A stretch of 64,000 nt of DNA from positions 25,234,001 to 25,298,000 of the forward strand of contig JBHGNT010000002.1 in the NCBI GenBank assembly GCA_043228905.1. The letters are read 5' to 3'. Origin of the DNA: Azolla caroliniana. Taxonomy: Eukaryota; Plantae; Polypodiophyta. Below, one piece after another: positions 39,861-52,278 of the stretch (the stretch's first letter is position 1; each line of letters begins with the position of its first letter). The position numbers were made by a program, and so were the translations under genes. The notes below the pieces were generated by a model. It searched no databases and was not told the DNA's origin. It saw nothing but the letters and a program-made list of their open reading frames with translations.

Positions 39861-40974
39861 AATAATAAGTAAAATCGTAGCGTAGTAGGAGGTAGAAAGA
39901 AAGAGAATAAAACGTAATACCAATTTGATTCGACCATAAAGAACGCATAATAGAAAAAGAGAAGAGATCAAAAAAGAAGAATACCGGGTTTAGAGTGTTG
40001 TTTTGATCCTGAGAAGAGCATGACGAGCCTTGTTAGATCCCCCTCGCTCACACGCAAAAAACATCAAAACAACAAAAAATTTGTTAGTAAAAGCTCTGAT
40101 ACCACTGTTAAGAGTCTATTACTAATCAATAGACCAAATCAAGTAAAAAGGAAGAAAATAGATTGGATAGAAGAACCCGTTCCACCCGACCACCCCCGAG
40201 CTATGATCTAGACATAGCCAACCTACCACCGACGTCCCATACCGCCGGATATTAGGATGACTAATACCTTGGAAGAGATAAACACGATCGTCGAGACGAA
40301 AGCCTAGCCCGCACCACCGGTGTCTACCACAGCAGCCTTCCGACGTGATTTCCTATGAGGGTAGCTAAGCCTCATATTTATACCTTTTCCTAGGCCCCTT
40401 GAATAGATGTGCCTTTCTAAAAGGCTCTCTATTCATTGGTTGTCTAAATCATGATAGTGCATGCACATATCATTCATTCTATCCAATCATTAGTCCCCTT
40501 TTTAATAATAGTGAACATACCCTTCACTAATGTAAATATTAGTGACCTACCCTCACCAACGTTATGTGTACATAACATCTGGCCACCATCCCTAGACCGA
40601 TGGGCAGGCGGAACGAACAAATCAAACGTTAGAACAATACCTTCGGTGTTTTCTGAGTTATCAGTAGGACGATTGGGTTGATATTCTCCACTTTGCACGC
40701 TATTCACTCCTCGACTCGGGTCTCCCCATTTTACGCTTATACTAGTTCTCATCATCGCTGGTCTGTGATCGACACCCGGAGCTACCTACCAATCCTCGTG
40801 CCAAGAATCATTTGGAGAGGCTATGCAAGATCCAGATGGATCTCTCTACTCATCTTCGTCATGCTCAACACACAGAAGACTTCTATGGATCGTCATTGGC
40901 TTCCCTCCTCTTTTGCCATCGGAGATCGAGTATGGCTCTTACGTCGTCACATCAAGACTACTCGACCATGCGAC

Positions 40975-41259
40975 TGACGGGAACCTAACGTTCCTTATGC
41001 ACGACGCTCGGCCACAACCGAGCGTAGAATGATACACATAGAAAACGGGAAGTAAAACACGACACAAAGGAGAGGAAGATATACACACACTACACAGGAG
41101 GTTTACATGGAAAACCCCAAACTAGGGGAAAAACCACGGTAGTCCACAGGCTGCAAACTGTCACTATGTAAGAATGTACAAAACAGTGAGTTCACAGAGG
41201 CAACGACCTCGTGCTCACAATCTTCGCCACAGGCGGCGGTTACAACAGAGGCAACGACC

Positions 41260-41319
<60 letters not shown>

Positions 41320-41671
41320 CAGTTACACACACTGATTTCGTGCAAGATAGAAATTGACAACACACTCCTAAAAGTTTGCCCTAAGTCATATTTATACTAA
41401 TATGACTTTTCGGCTTTTTACAAATATAGCCTCGATGGGCTCTCAGAAACATATTTACGAATATGTCTCTTCCTCCGGTTCTCACAGGTTCTGCACCATC
41501 CGGCTCTCCGTAGCCGGGTACTGCTCATCCGGTTCACACCGGGCCTGCACCATCCGGCTCTCCGTAGCCGGGTACTCCTCATCTGGTTCACACCGGGCCT
41601 GTATCATCCGGCTCTCCGTAGCCGGGTACTGTTCTTCTCCCTTCCCATCCGGAGGGACCTGTCTCCCAACA
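40975..41671 (-). mobile_element. Solo LTR of a Tork/Tnt1-like Copia
   Basis: TG..CA termini with perfect TSD GCGAC at 40970 and 41672. Shares motifs with the LTRs at 54776 and 16005-16622. Contains a 54-bp repeat x3 at 41474-41635. Confidence 0.88.
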
Positions 41672-41717
41672 GCGACAAGTTGGATTATCGACGACTCGAT
41701 CCTTTCCGTATTACCGG

Positions 41718-42347
41718 TGTCATGAAGAAAACCGGCCGCAGGTGGAATCAGAGAAAAAGGGGCATGAACCGGCTCTTACATAGGTGGACGCGAGAATTGA
41801 TATTTTGTAGATAATTCAAAATACTAGGTGATACACATTTATTAGGGGATTTGTGCGTATCTCTATCGAAAGGGACAGGGAATAAAGAAATTTAACTATT
41901 TAAGGAGGGAAAAAAGGAAGAGTGGGCATCGCGCGTTAGCAAGGGGGAAGTGATGCAGGACCGAGTGCCGAGCTCTCTCTCCTACTCCGATTGTCATTCT
42001 CTGTGGGTGCTGGGAGTTCAACGCCTCTATTTCGTGGGTAGCCCGTGCGCTGCCAGCAGAGGCTCTCCCTTCTACGTTTTCCTGGGTCCAGTGTGTTCCG
42101 TCTGTGTGTGTGAGTAGGGTCCTCGTGTCGGGTCCATCGCCGGCTTGCCGGTTGTAACCGTTAGAGTTTGTAATCTCTTGATATTGTAATCGACTATTAT
42201 TGTAATTAAGTGTTCCGTTCTTTCTCTCTCCTTCTCGCTTCTGCGTATCTGCAAATCTCTCTCTCTCTCTCTCTCTCTCTCGCTCCTCGGTTCAAGGCCC
42301 CCGTGGTCCCGCCTCTTTCTACACGCGAAGTGCGTGACAACACGACA
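41718..42347 (+). mobile_element. Solo LTR of the Ylt1-like Ty3 family
   Basis: Starts TGTCATGAAGAAAACCG (compare TGTCGTGAAGAAAACCG at 45951) and ends CGACA. Flanked by CCGG/CCGA. Removing it restores the host INT frame ITG/KVNDVTF. Confidence 0.8.
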
Positions 42348-43193
42348 CCGATAAGGTTAATGATGTCACATTCCACCTTGATCTTCCTCCGCATCTTCAA
42401 ATACATTCGGTCTTCTATAGTTCTCTTCTTGAACCTTATAAAGCAAACACTATTCCCGATCGTGTTACACCACCGCCGCCCCCGCTTGAGTTAGACACCG
42501 GCCCGGAGTATGGAGTTGATGTTGTCCTCGACTCCAAATTTGTTCCCAACAAACTTTATTATTTGGTCGATTGGCTTGGATATAGTCCGAGCAAACGTAC
42601 TTGGGAACCCGTCGAGCATGTTGCCAATGCTCAGGATCTTCTTGCTGATTTCCACTAACAGTATCCGGACAAACCGGGTCCTTAATTAGCGTCGACTCGT
42701 TACACTCGTCGTCTTAAGGGGGGGAATAGTGTCATGATATGGCAAGACTCAAACCCATGACCTTATGTTTTATGGGTTGAACTCTTGACCATTATACCAT
42801 CTATTGTAATACGTAGGATATTATTTTCATTTAAGTTTTATTATAGGAAATTAATGTATATTCCAAATTTCTCTGGAACATTCTAGAAGCTTCAAGACTC
42901 CTCCTGAAAACACTATAAAAGGAGGCACAAGGCATTATGTTGAACCAAATTGGTTCAACGCCAGTCTTAAGCCTCATAGCCATCTTGTACTTACTCTTCC
43001 TATAATATATCATTTGTTATCATCATCATCTCTCTCTCTCTCTCTCTCTCGTCCTCGCTATCTCTCTCTCTCTCTCCTCTTCTCTCTCCTCTCTCTCGGG
43101 ATTCTTACGCAGTCCCGTCCTCTTAGTACTAATAGTACTTCCCTTCTCTAATACTAATTCTCTCTCTGTTTTAGTACTATTCCTGACAATATC

Positions 43194-43340
43194 TTGGGTT
43201 CAAAACCCAAATTTCTCACCTCTCTATTACTCCATATAAGATATCTCTTCTTTCACGAGATGTCATTGTGGAGTGTAGCGGTTGAACCCATAACCACCTA
43301 ATCTCCATTGGGTAACCTAACCAACTTAGCTACATCCATC
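43194..43340 (-). mobile_element. tRNA-derived SINE-like head, continuing at 27896-27841
   Basis: Minus strand has A box TAGCTAAGTTGG and B-box-like GGGTTCAACC. It matches 7920-8070. Confidence 0.55.
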
Positions 43341-43479
43341 TAGGCTCTATCTTGTGAAAACACACAATTATATTAATAAATGTGTGTGAAAAACACAAGT
43401 TACAATGGGCGTCACAATGGAGTACAGTCATTGGTAACCCACTAACTACTCTACATGGGTAGTGGAACATGTTGAATTG

Positions 43480-44200
43480 CCAATAGGCAAGATGAACACT
43501 TCATTGAGCAAAGAATTTCCATTTGTTCCAATAAAGAAAATTGCCACAATAGTACCTCCCTTCAACTTTCAGAAATATGCTTTCACTCCATGCCTATCAT
43601 TAAATACAAAATCATTGTACATATCCCAATTATGATGCAAACCCCAATATCTGAGAATTAGGAAAATAATCTTCATCTTTAATTTTGGGTCAACCTGTGT
43701 AAATTGTGCAAACACCCACTATCTAGGTGTCAAATAACACAGTGATAAAACTTGCCAAATTTGAGAAATGTAACTCCAAATCTAACAAGCAATCGGACAT
43801 TGTACAAAATAATGAGTATTATCGTCCATTTGAACAATGCAAAAGAAGCAATTACCCATTGCTAGTCCACGACGCTTTAGAGTTAATCCCAAAGGCAATC
43901 CTCCAATCAAAACAGTCTCTCCAAATGAAGACCTTTGCTACAAGTGGCAATTTAGAATGCCAACTATGTTTTACGATCTGCCATCACCCATGATCATATT
44001 TGTGTATTTTCCATTCTTCTTCAGCCTTAGATGATAACCATCTAAGAGACTCAAAGGAGCAATGATACAAAAGATTAGTAGTCACTTGTAATAACGACGT
44101 CTGACCCCGTAAACACCAATCAATCCACGGTTGTTCTCCTGTTTATAGAGGTAAAGGACCTTGCATCAATGCAATATTTTGTAGTTGTTGCCAGATAAAC
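43480..44200 (-). mobile_element. Highly degenerate L1-type LINE 3-prime remnant
   Basis: Minus-strand fragments WHSKLPLVAKVFIWR..IGGLPLG and DDNTHYFVQCPIA are zf-RVT-like. Confidence 0.55.
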
Positions 44201-44221
44201 CCATAATTAGGTGCTCGATGT

Positions 44222-44597
44222 TGTCAAGAGAGAGAGAGAGAGAGAAAGAAAGAAGATAGAGAGATAGGAATTATTATATTGAAGAGTAAATGGATTACAA
44301 AGAGTAGACAACAGAGTACCACAAAATGGTGTTGAACCAATTTAGGTTTGGGATGAGTGGTAGATCCCAATTTATAAGTAATAGAGAACACTCTAGAATA
44401 TTCTAGGTTATCCTAGAATGTAGAGTAATCTAGAAGATCTCTAGAGTATTCTAGAAGGTTCTAGTGTATAGAACACTCTAGAATATTCTAGGTCATTCTA
44501 GAATGTAGAGTAATATAGAATATTCTTATGATAATAGATTTCATATTCTAAAAACTATACATACAAGAATATTAATACAATGGCTAAGGATTTGACA
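44222..44597 (-). mobile_element. Probable solo LTR related to the Tcn1-type chromovirus LTR
   Basis: TGTCAA..TTGACA termini. Same order of TCTAGAA/HSE-like repeats, TATA, AAATTGGTTCAAC and (CT)n as the 27977 LTR. No TSD found. Confidence 0.6.
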
Positions 44598-44614
44598 TGG
44601 CTACAACAAGGTTG

Positions 44615-44769
44615 TGGGTAGCAATGGGCCTGGTTTCAGCTCGAACCGAACTAAACCGCTAAGTCGTGGCTTAGTGGTTTATCGGTTTAAAGTTAAATAA
44701 TTAGTTTGGTTTGGTTTTATAGTATATGATTCGGTTCAGGTTCGGTTTTTGGAGTTAGCGGTTTAGCGG
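44615..44769. mobile_element. End of a non-autonomous hAT-like DNA transposon, interrupted by the Ty3 element
   Basis: GGGTAGCAATGGG followed by many AACCG/CGGTT subterminal repeats in both orientations. Confidence 0.45.
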
Positions 44770-46637
44770 TGTCGAGGTATCCCTCGCGGATGCGTGGAAT
44801 GAGGCGGGACCTCGGGGGTCTTGTACCGAAGAGCAATAGAGAAAGGAGAGGGAAAGGACCCACTACGTGCGAGCGTAGATCCACAGGGACACGGCCCTTC
44901 GACACGAAGACACGAGCGGGGAAACAAACACAGAGAGGCACGAAGGTATGTATGTATATATTAACAGAGACAAACAACAAGAAGCACGAAGTCGGTTACA
45001 ACCGAACAGGCCGATGAACAGATGCCGATGCCTGTTCGCAAACGCTCAGAAAGAAAGGAGTAGGTTGGAGGTACTGCCGGAAGCACTCGGGTGTTCCTCA
45101 GAGCAGCGCGAGCCTCCCGAAACCTGCACAGAAAGAAGCTACGGAGAGTATGGAAGAGAGAAAAGCCTTCGACCGACAACCCGACAACACTTCGTCCTCT
45201 CTGTTTCCGCGATCCCCCTCTCCCCTCCTCGTCTCCCTCCTTTTATATGCAAGGAAGGAGCCGTTTCCCATTAACTTCCTACCTACCGGATCTACCTACC
45301 TAGGATCTTCTATGTACAACATAAGGCGTACGTGTATGAAGAGCCAGTTCCTACGCTCCGGTGCACCGATTCCGCTTGTGGACGGTTTTCTTCACGACAT
45401 CCGCCCCCACCTAACCGCGCATCCACCGGCATGCGCCAAATTGAGTTGGGACGGAGAAAACCCGTCCAACCTTCATTCCCCGCCCGTCGGTTCTTCCTCG
45501 GTTTCGGATCGTTCGTCATCGCTGTCCAAGTTAACCGGATCCGCCTCGTCGTCGTGACACTTTTTGAACGCTTTGATCCGCTTCCCAGCTACCGGTATCG
45601 CCATTCTCGTGCCGTCGAGTTCCGCCAGATGGTACGTCCCGTTGTCGTTGGCGCTTTGTACCACGTAAGGCCCGAACCACCTTCTTGCGAACTTCCGTGT
45701 CGCTCGGTGCTGGTTGTCGAGGCTGCTGTCGTAGCCTAACACCCAATCGCCTTCCTCGATCTTCTTTGGTCGGAGCCGGTGCGTCCGGTCGAACGGGGCT
45801 TTGTTCCTCGTCTTAGCCACCCGAAGCTTTCCAGCAACCTGCTCCACGTCCTCCAGTCTTCGCTCGAGCTGTCGTATGCGCGCCGCCAACAGTTCCTCCC
45901 GGCTCATCTCGTCTTTCCAGTCCACGGTTGCCCATGAGGAGATCGTACGTTGTCGTGAAGAAAACCGCCCACAAGGGGAAACGGCTCTACACGCACACGC
46001 GCGCCAAGAAGTACCTAAGGACGAAGTAGGTACATACGAGGATCCTAGGTGGGTAGATTCGGTTGGTATGCAGTTAATGCCAAACGGCCTCTTGACGGGC
46101 TATGAAAGGAAGAGGGAGAATAGAAGTGAGATATCTCGCGCGGAGAGGACGGAGTGCTGCGGAACCGATTTCGAAGCTCCTCTCTCACTCCTGCTCTCTC
46201 TGTCTTCTGCTCCATCGCGTACCTGTGCAGGTTTCGAGGAGGCTTGCGCTGTTCCGTGGAACGCCCCGAGTGCGTCCTGCAGCACCTCCGACCTGTTTTC
46301 CCCTTTTCGTGCGTCGCGACATACAGGGGTCGGCATCTGTTCGCCGCCCTGTTCGTTTTCGTTAGTATCTATTTCGTGCCCCACCGTGGGTTGTAACACT
46401 CTAGCTGTTATTTTCTTGCATTCATAAGTACATATCTTCCGTGGTTGCGTCCATCTGTGTCGGCGTTTATTTGTGATCTCTGTTTGTTGGGCCGTGTCCC
46501 TGTGCAATCTTCGGTTCTGTGTAATCGGGTCTCTCCTTCTCCTCTCTCTCTCTTGCTCTTCGGTCCAAGACCCCCGTGGTCCCTCCTCCTTTCTGCACGC
46601 AAGGGCGTAGCAACCCCGACATCTTGGTGAACCCGAC

Positions 46638-48791
46638 GTGAAAGAGGCGGCAGAAGAGCAGGAAATGAGAGGGTCGGATCTCGCAGAGGCCATGGCTTCG
46701 GCCGTGGATCGGATTGTAAACGCGCGCGAGAGCACCGGTGCCCTCGACAGAGCTATTGAGGCGGTCGTCGGCACGATCGGCCGGTTCGATGGGAAGGATG
46801 CCACGAAGTATTTGGCGTCCTACGGTGCAGAGATGCTGATGCGGGACATTCCGGAAGAAAGGCGTCTTGCCGGATTTCCCCGAGTGGCGATGCCGAGCAT
46901 CCACGCGGAGGTGCTCGAGGTGCGGATGGAGAGCCGTACCTGGGAGGAGTTCGAAGGTCGGCTCCTAGAGAAATACGGGCTGGACGACGCGCTCCGGCTT
47001 TCGAAGCGAAGGTTCATGGAATGGGTGGAGTCCCCGGGGAAGGGAAGAAACGCGTCGGCGCTCCTCCGGGAGTTCGAGGAAAACTTTGCGCGCCTTTCGG
47101 CGCTTAACCGAACCATCCTGGACACGAGCCGGGTCTTGCTGTTTGTCAAGACGGTCGACGAGCGGGATCGGGAGCAAGTGGGCTTCTTGCTGGAAACCGA
47201 AGACGGGCTCACTACGGACTGGGCGGCTGTCAGGAAGGTCTGTGGCCGTTTCGACAAACGGCGAGAATGGGCGGATAACGGTGCAACCGGGTCGGGCTCG
47301 GTCGCAGCAAGGAAGCTCGATCCAGCGCCACAGGTGCGAAAGGAAGAGACCCGAGAGTGGTTGGATACCGGTTCGGCTTCGACCGGCGTAGTCAGAGGCT
47401 CAACCGGAGGAGCGGCGCTGGAGGAATTGACAAAGGCGATAAAGGACCTCCAAATCGCGCAGGCCCGAAGGGAAGGAGGCGAACCGGCTCGTGACCGACG
47501 GCCGGCGGCAGGAAACAGGTGCATGTGGTGCGATGAAGTCGGCCACATTCGGAAGGACTGCGGCGACTTCGCGGAGGCACTGAGGAACAGGGTGGTGTAC
47601 CTGTGGGAAGGACGGGTGCATGCCAGCGACACCCGAAGGGCCCTGAGCCGAAACGACGGAAAAGGCGGTATGAAAAGGGTGATGGAAGAGGCGGCGGCCC
47701 GACACGCGGAAACCGTCCACTACTCGGCGTCAGCCGGCATTCGAGTCGGGGGCGGCGAGGCCCGAAGGGAAAGCGAAGCCGGATTCTGGCCGACGATGCT
47801 GGGAGGCCTTGCCGGTGCAGGGCTTAAAAGGGAGGAATCGGACCGTGCGGAGAAACGGGTACGGGAGATGACCGGGTGGAGCGACCCGGTCGAGGAGAAG
47901 ACGGGCTTCGTGGAAGCCGCTTGCCGGAACTACGAGGCTCTGGTAGAAGAGAAGCGGGTGGGGAAACCCGGGACGACCGGGCCCTCACAACGATACGAGA
48001 CCCGGTCCGGGCCGCGACGGGACGAAGCCGGCGGGGCCGGTACGCGAGATAAACCCCAGAAGGGCGGGTACCGTCTGGGGACGGAGATAGAAAGAACCAC
48101 GGACTTACGAAAGGTCCTGGAGGAACGGATCCTCGACAGCAAGGTGGAGCTGTCGTTACGGGAGGTGCTGGGAATCGCCAAGAAGGAGTTCCACGACTCC
48201 ATCGTGGACTTGGTGAAACGGAAGAGGCTGTCGACGGAGACAGAACCGGAAAGACCGGTGGAAGTGCGGACGACGCACCTAGACGACATGGCGCTGGGAG
48301 ACGAGTGGGCGGAAAGCCACTATTCGAGACCACACTGGGCCCGAGCGACCACGGAAACCCCGGTGAAGATCGGCGATGTCCAGGAACCGGTGATAGCTTT
48401 GGTGGACCACGGATCGGAGATCAATTTGATGTCCATGGACTTCTATAAGAAGGGCAAATGGCCGATCAACACCAAGCACGGGTGGAAAATAAGGGCAGCA
48501 ACGCGCGCCACCGAGGAACTGCACGGGGCCTGTCCGAATGTGCGGGTCAAGATTGGCGACGTCGAGATTGACCAACACTTCTTCGTGCAGGAGACGTCTT
48601 CGCACCCGGTCATTCTGGGAGAACCGTACATTACGGCGGCGCGGATGGAGACCAAAGTGCTGGACAATGGTTCGGCCTACGCGAGGGTCAAAAGCCAAGA
48701 CGGGCGCCATTCGGTCCAGTTTCTGACGGTAAGGCCGAACCACGAACGTAACCGTGATTCCCTCGGTTCCGAAAACCGAGAGGATTTTTAG
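46638..48791 (+). CDS. Gag-protease ORF (first ATG near 46664)
   Basis: CMWCDEVGHIRKDC knuckle; protease ALVDHGSEINLM..VILGEPY. Ends GGATTTTTAG. Confidence 0.85.
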   Translation: MKEAAEEQEMRGSDLAEAMASAVDRIVNARESTGALDRAIEAVVGTIGRFDGKDATKYLASYGAEMLMRDIPEERRLAGFPRVAMPSIHAEVLEVRMESRTWEEFEGRLLEKYGLDDALRLSKRRFMEWVESPGKGRNASALLREFEENFARLSALNRTILDTSRVLLFVKTVDERDREQVGFLLETEDGLTTDWAAVRKVCGRFDKRREWADNGATGSGSVAARKLDPAPQVRKEETREWLDTGSASTGVVRGSTGGAALEELTKAIKDLQIAQARREGGEPARDRRPAAGNRCMWCDEVGHIRKDCGDFAEALRNRVVYLWEGRVHASDTRRALSRNDGKGGMKRVMEEAAARHAETVHYSASAGIRVGGGEARRESEAGFWPTMLGGLAGAGLKREESDRAEKRVREMTGWSDPVEEKTGFVEAACRNYEALVEEKRVGKPGTTGPSQRYETRSGPRRDEAGGAGTRDKPQKGGYRLGTEIERTTDLRKVLEERILDSKVELSLREVLGIAKKEFHDSIVDLVKRKRLSTETEPERPVEVRTTHLDDMALGDEWAESHYSRPHWARATTETPVKIGDVQEPVIALVDHGSEINLMSMDFYKKGKWPINTKHGWKIRAATRATEELHGACPNVRVKIGDVEIDQHFFVQETSSHPVILGEPYITAARMETKVLDNGSAYARVKSQDGRHSVQFLTVRPNHERNRDSLGSENREDF

Positions 48792-51700
48792 AGAGGACTG
48801 CCAAGGCGTGGGGCCGCGACAGTCCGGACACCCCGGGAAAACCCCACACCTGTACGATAAAACCGAAGAAACCTTGTACCATAGGTAGGGAATTTTTGTT
48901 CTCCGACAGCGGAGCGTGCACGACAGTCGGCATCGGCGGCCGAGAGAAGAGAAAGGCGGAGGGGAGACTTCGAGCGTGCGGAGTTCTCGGCCCTGACGAG
49001 GAAATCGACGGAGCCGTGGAGGCGGTCTCATTCGACGACACCTTGGGAATGCTGGGAAAGGTAGTCGAAGAAGGCCTTAACGAAGACCGGACGATACCGG
49101 TGTGTTCCGAGGAGATGTACGAAGTCATCGCGGACTTCGGTCGAGGGCTCGAGTCAGTTCGGACGGCCCACGTGAGCACCAAGTACAAGACTGTGGACCG
49201 GAAGGTAAGGCCAGTCGCGGCACCCTTACCGGAGGACAGCGCGTCGAGAATCAAAGGGGTTGCATCGGACCCTAGTCTACGAGATCCGGCCTGCATAGGA
49301 CACACCTTTACCGACGAGACGCTCCGAGAGCTCAAAATCGGTGGGGGCGGGTTCCTACTGCCGGCGGAGGAAGACCGGTTTCGGAGAATGCTCGGAAGGC
49401 ACGGGAAAGCCTTCGCATTCTCGCCGGAGGAAATCGGGTGCGTTGACCCGACGATCGTGGAGCCGATGGTGATATTCACGGTACCGCATGTACCATGGAA
49501 TCTCAAGCCAATCCCGGTTCCGAGAGCTCACATCCCGAAGTTGATGGAGCTGCTGAGGCAGAAAGTTGATATGGGAATTCTCGAGCCGTCGAGCGCCCCA
49601 TATTCGAATCGATGGTTTACCGTACCGAAGAAAAACGGTTCGTTGCGCTTCATCCAGGACCTGCAGCCGGTCAATCGAGTGACGATTCGGAACGCAGGGA
49701 TCGGACCGACCATAGACGAGTTCGCGGAGGCCTTCGCCGGAAGGTCAATTTACTCGGTCGGGGATCTATACTCAGGGTACGACCAGTTCCAGCTAGCCGT
49801 GGAGAGCAGAGACATTACGACGATGCGAACTCCCCTCGGCCTAGTTCGGATGTGCACACTGCCGCAAGGGGGGACCAACTCGGTGGCCCACATGGTGAAT
49901 GCGATGAACAAGGTTCTGAGGGACTGTATCCCGGACATCACCATGCCGTTTCTGGACGACATCCCGGTCAAGGGATGCCCGGTGGAAGAAAGGGACGAGA
50001 CGATCGGGCCGGACGGATGCCGGCGATTCGTGGCAACGCACATCGACGACTGCGAGAAGGTGCTGCAAAGGCTAGAGGATGCGAGACTCACCTTCTCCGG
50101 GGAGAAGTCGGCCTTCGGGCAGTCAGAAATCATGGTGGTCGGACACCTGTGCGGACCATATGGCCGGAAACCGTCTCCGGCAAAGGTAGAAGCCATCTCC
50201 GCGATGAAGCCCGACTGCAGCTCGGTCACGGAAGTACGGAGATTCCTGGGGGCATGCGCGTTCTACCACCTATGGATCCCGCATTACGCACACGTCGCGG
50301 AGCCACTGTACGGGTTGCTGAAAAAGGGGCGAAGGTTCGAATGGCTAGACGAGCATGCGGAATCGGTCCGGAGGCTGAAAGAGGCCCTTGCAGCGGCACC
50401 GGCACTCCGGAAGGCGGTATACGGGAAGGGTACCCCGGTATTCATAACGGTGGATACCAGTCCGACCGGGATCGGATGGGTCGTGAACCAGGAAGACGAG
50501 GACGGCAATCGGTTTCCGATCCGATTCGGCGCGAAAGTCCTCAGTGAACGGCAGCGAGGATACGCCCAGGTTAAACGCGAACTCTGGGGTATTGTTTCGG
50601 CGGTTAAGGCCGACAAAGACTACCTGATAGGGACAGAAGTGATCATCGAGACGGATTGCCTGCCGATTCTCGGTATGGTTTCCGGATGCGCGACTCCGGA
50701 CCTGGCGATGCTCAGGTGGATAGCGTACATCAAGTCCCTGGACCCGGAAATACGACACATTTCCGGGAAAGACAACGCCATGGCCGACATGCTTTCGAGG
50801 GCGAGGTTCGACGACGAGGGCGGCATGGTTTCGGAAGACGAAGAAGTCGGCGTGGATTTCTTCGAGGCGGCATACATAACAACCGACGGGATGGGCACTC
50901 CGGCGCTTAACGAGTTCGACGCGAGCAAGTACGACGGGGAGTGGCTGCAGATCGGCGGGTTTTTGAAGACAATGACGCCCGATGCGTCATGGACGAAGGA
51001 CGAGGCCAACCGGATCCGGAAGAAAGCATATCGATTCTTTCTCCGAGATGGGCATTTGTGGAAGCACCCGAAGAAGAGGAACGGCGTCCCGCTCCGGGTG
51101 GTGGCGATGAAGGAAGAACAGGAGGAGCTACTGGCGGCCTACCACGACAGCCCTGGGCTGGACACCGTGGAACGTGGGCGACATTTGAGAAGCTGAAGGG
51201 GAAGTACTGGTGGTCGGGATTGTACCGGGACGTGCATCGGTTCGTGTCAACTTGCGAGAGTTGTCAGATGCACTCGATAGTCCGACACCGGGACGGGCTT
51301 CACCCTACGTACCCTCCGACTATCCACTTCAAATGGATGGTAGATCTGGTGACGATGCCGATGGGGGTAGGACAGATGCGGTATCTGGTCCTAGCACGGG
51401 AAGACCTGACGAACCAGGTGGAAGGCCGAGCCCTTCAGAACAAGACGACCGCGGCCGTGTGTCGGTTCCTGATCGAGGACGTGATATGCCGGTACGGGTG
51501 CGTCGGGAAGATCGTGGCTGACCGAGGGGAGTTGGACGCCGAGGAAGCCGCGGAGCTGTTCGACCGGCTGGGGGTCAAGCTCTCGCTCACCACTGCGTAC
51601 AATCCGGAGGCGAATGGGAAGGTGGAGCGCGGACACAGACCGATCGTCAAGGCGTTGGTTCGGGCATGCGGAGGCCGAATCGGTGACTGGCCGCGGCTCC

Positions 51701-52278
51701 TACCTTATGCTTTGTGGGCAGACCGGACCACGCACAGTTCGGTAACCGGGTACATGCCGACAGAGCTCATGTTCGGCCAGAAGCCGATCATGCCGATTGA
51801 ACGGACGATCTCCTCGTGGGCAACGGTCGACTGGAGGGACGAGATGAGCCGGGAGGAGTTGTTGGCCGCGCGTATACGACAGCTCGAGCGGAGACCGGAG
51901 GACGTGGCACTGGCTACGGAGAAGCTCCGGGTGGCGAGGACAAAGAACGAAGCCCGGTTCGACCGAACGCACCGGCTACGACCGAAGAGAATCGACGAAG
52001 GTGACTGGGTGCTCGTCTACGACAGCAGCCTCGACAACCAGCACCGAGCAACGCGGAAGTTCGCACGGAGATGGTTCGGGCCGTACACGGTACAGAGCGC
52101 CAACGACAACGGGACGTATCATCTGGCGGAACTCGACGGTACGAGAATAGCGATACCCGTGGCCGGGAAGAGGATCAAAGCTTTCAAGAAGCGGCACGAC
52201 GACGAACCCGACCCGATTCTCCTGGACAGCAGCGACGACCGATCCGAGGCCGAGGAAGGGCCGGCAGGCGAAGAGTAA
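48790..52278 (+). CDS. Pol (RT-RH-INT) in the -1 frame, with one disrupting 1-bp deletion near 51153
   Basis: ORFs 48896-51196 and 50941-52278 contain PFLDDIPVKG, VDTSPTGIG, GHRG..CESCQ, NPEANGKVE and FGPY. The outer copy reads SPWAGHRG continuously. Confidence 0.85.

Larger units (their letters stand above)
33468..40577 (-). mobile_element. Intact, recent plant chromovirus (Tekay/Reina-like Ty3/Gypsy)
   Basis: 472-bp LTRs at 33468-33939 and 40106-40577, one difference seen. TSD TCTCG/TCTGG. Met-tRNA PBS 40093-40104, PPT 33940-33950. Confidence 0.95.
27977..43188 (+). mobile_element. Decayed Ty3/Gypsy chromovirus of Tcn1/Tf1-sushi type, hosting four insertions
   Basis: LTRs 27977-28410 and 42730-43188 (TGTCA..TGACA). 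TSD ATATC at 27892 and 43189. Sushi/PEG10-like gag (ALAWFAPLLE, LCLYCG..GH), PR LLDFGA, RT, RH EADASDFALG, INT. Canonical chromodomain about 42500-42680 (YGVDVVLDS..YYLVDWLGY..TWEP). PPT 42716-42729. Many stops. Confidence 0.88.

Noticed and set aside
51150-51160. Second programmed frameshift before the integrase
   Set aside because: The outer copy is in frame here (SPWAGHRG), so this is a 1-bp deletion or sequencing error.
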